From Patescibacteria group bacterium (GTDB lineage: Bacteria; Patescibacteriota; Minisyncoccia; Phycocordibacterales; JACZSL01): 57,898 nt of DNA. Position 1 is the first letter of the stretch. Every line of letters begins with the position of its first letter. This document shows positions 57,898 through 57,898 of this stretch, in pieces. The position numbers and the translations under genes were made by a program. The stretch spans positions 1 to 57,898 of the forward strand of contig JADFRL010000002.1 in assembly GCA_022561335.1 (NCBI GenBank), written 5' to 3'. The notes beneath the pieces are model-generated. The model saw nothing but the letters and a program-made list of their open reading frames with translations, did not search any database and had not been told where the DNA came from.

Positions 57898-57898
57898 T

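Overview
Bacterial chromosome segment that looks like Patescibacteria (CPR, Parcubacteria-like). This assignment is an inference from the short AlaS, sigma-r4/HARE-HTH, DUF5671 and DUF5679 genes, the sparse Shine-Dalgarno usage and the many REP-like palindromes. Genetic code 11 applies. Housekeeping content: tRNA-Pro(CGG), tRNA-Ala(GGC), murI, pyrF-pyrE, ychF, leuS, mltG, mnmA, alaS, infA-rpmJ-rpsM-rpsK-rpsD-rpoA-rplQ-rplM-rpsI and grpE-dnaK-dnaJ. Accessory content: a PAS kinase with three tandem receiver domains; a copper cluster (thioredoxin, CcdA/two-domain multicopper oxidase fusion, cupredoxin, CopA, CopZ); and an acyltransferase/methyltransferase/7TM-kinase module. The top candidate for an undescribed system is at the right end. 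It is a graspetide-like (ATP-grasp RiPP) locus with an unannotated 52-aa precursor peptide (56150-56308), two paralogous unknown WYHHAIS/NHPNKITRLLY proteins on either side, and a convergent MvdD/RimK-like ligase split by one in-frame TAA. Also notable are a family of CCCGTTAGAG...CTCTAACGGG inverted-repeat elements (one inserted in frame in a gene, two ending at start codons) and two structured ncRNA candidates bounded by promoter and terminator. All calls are from reading motifs by eye; no searches were run.
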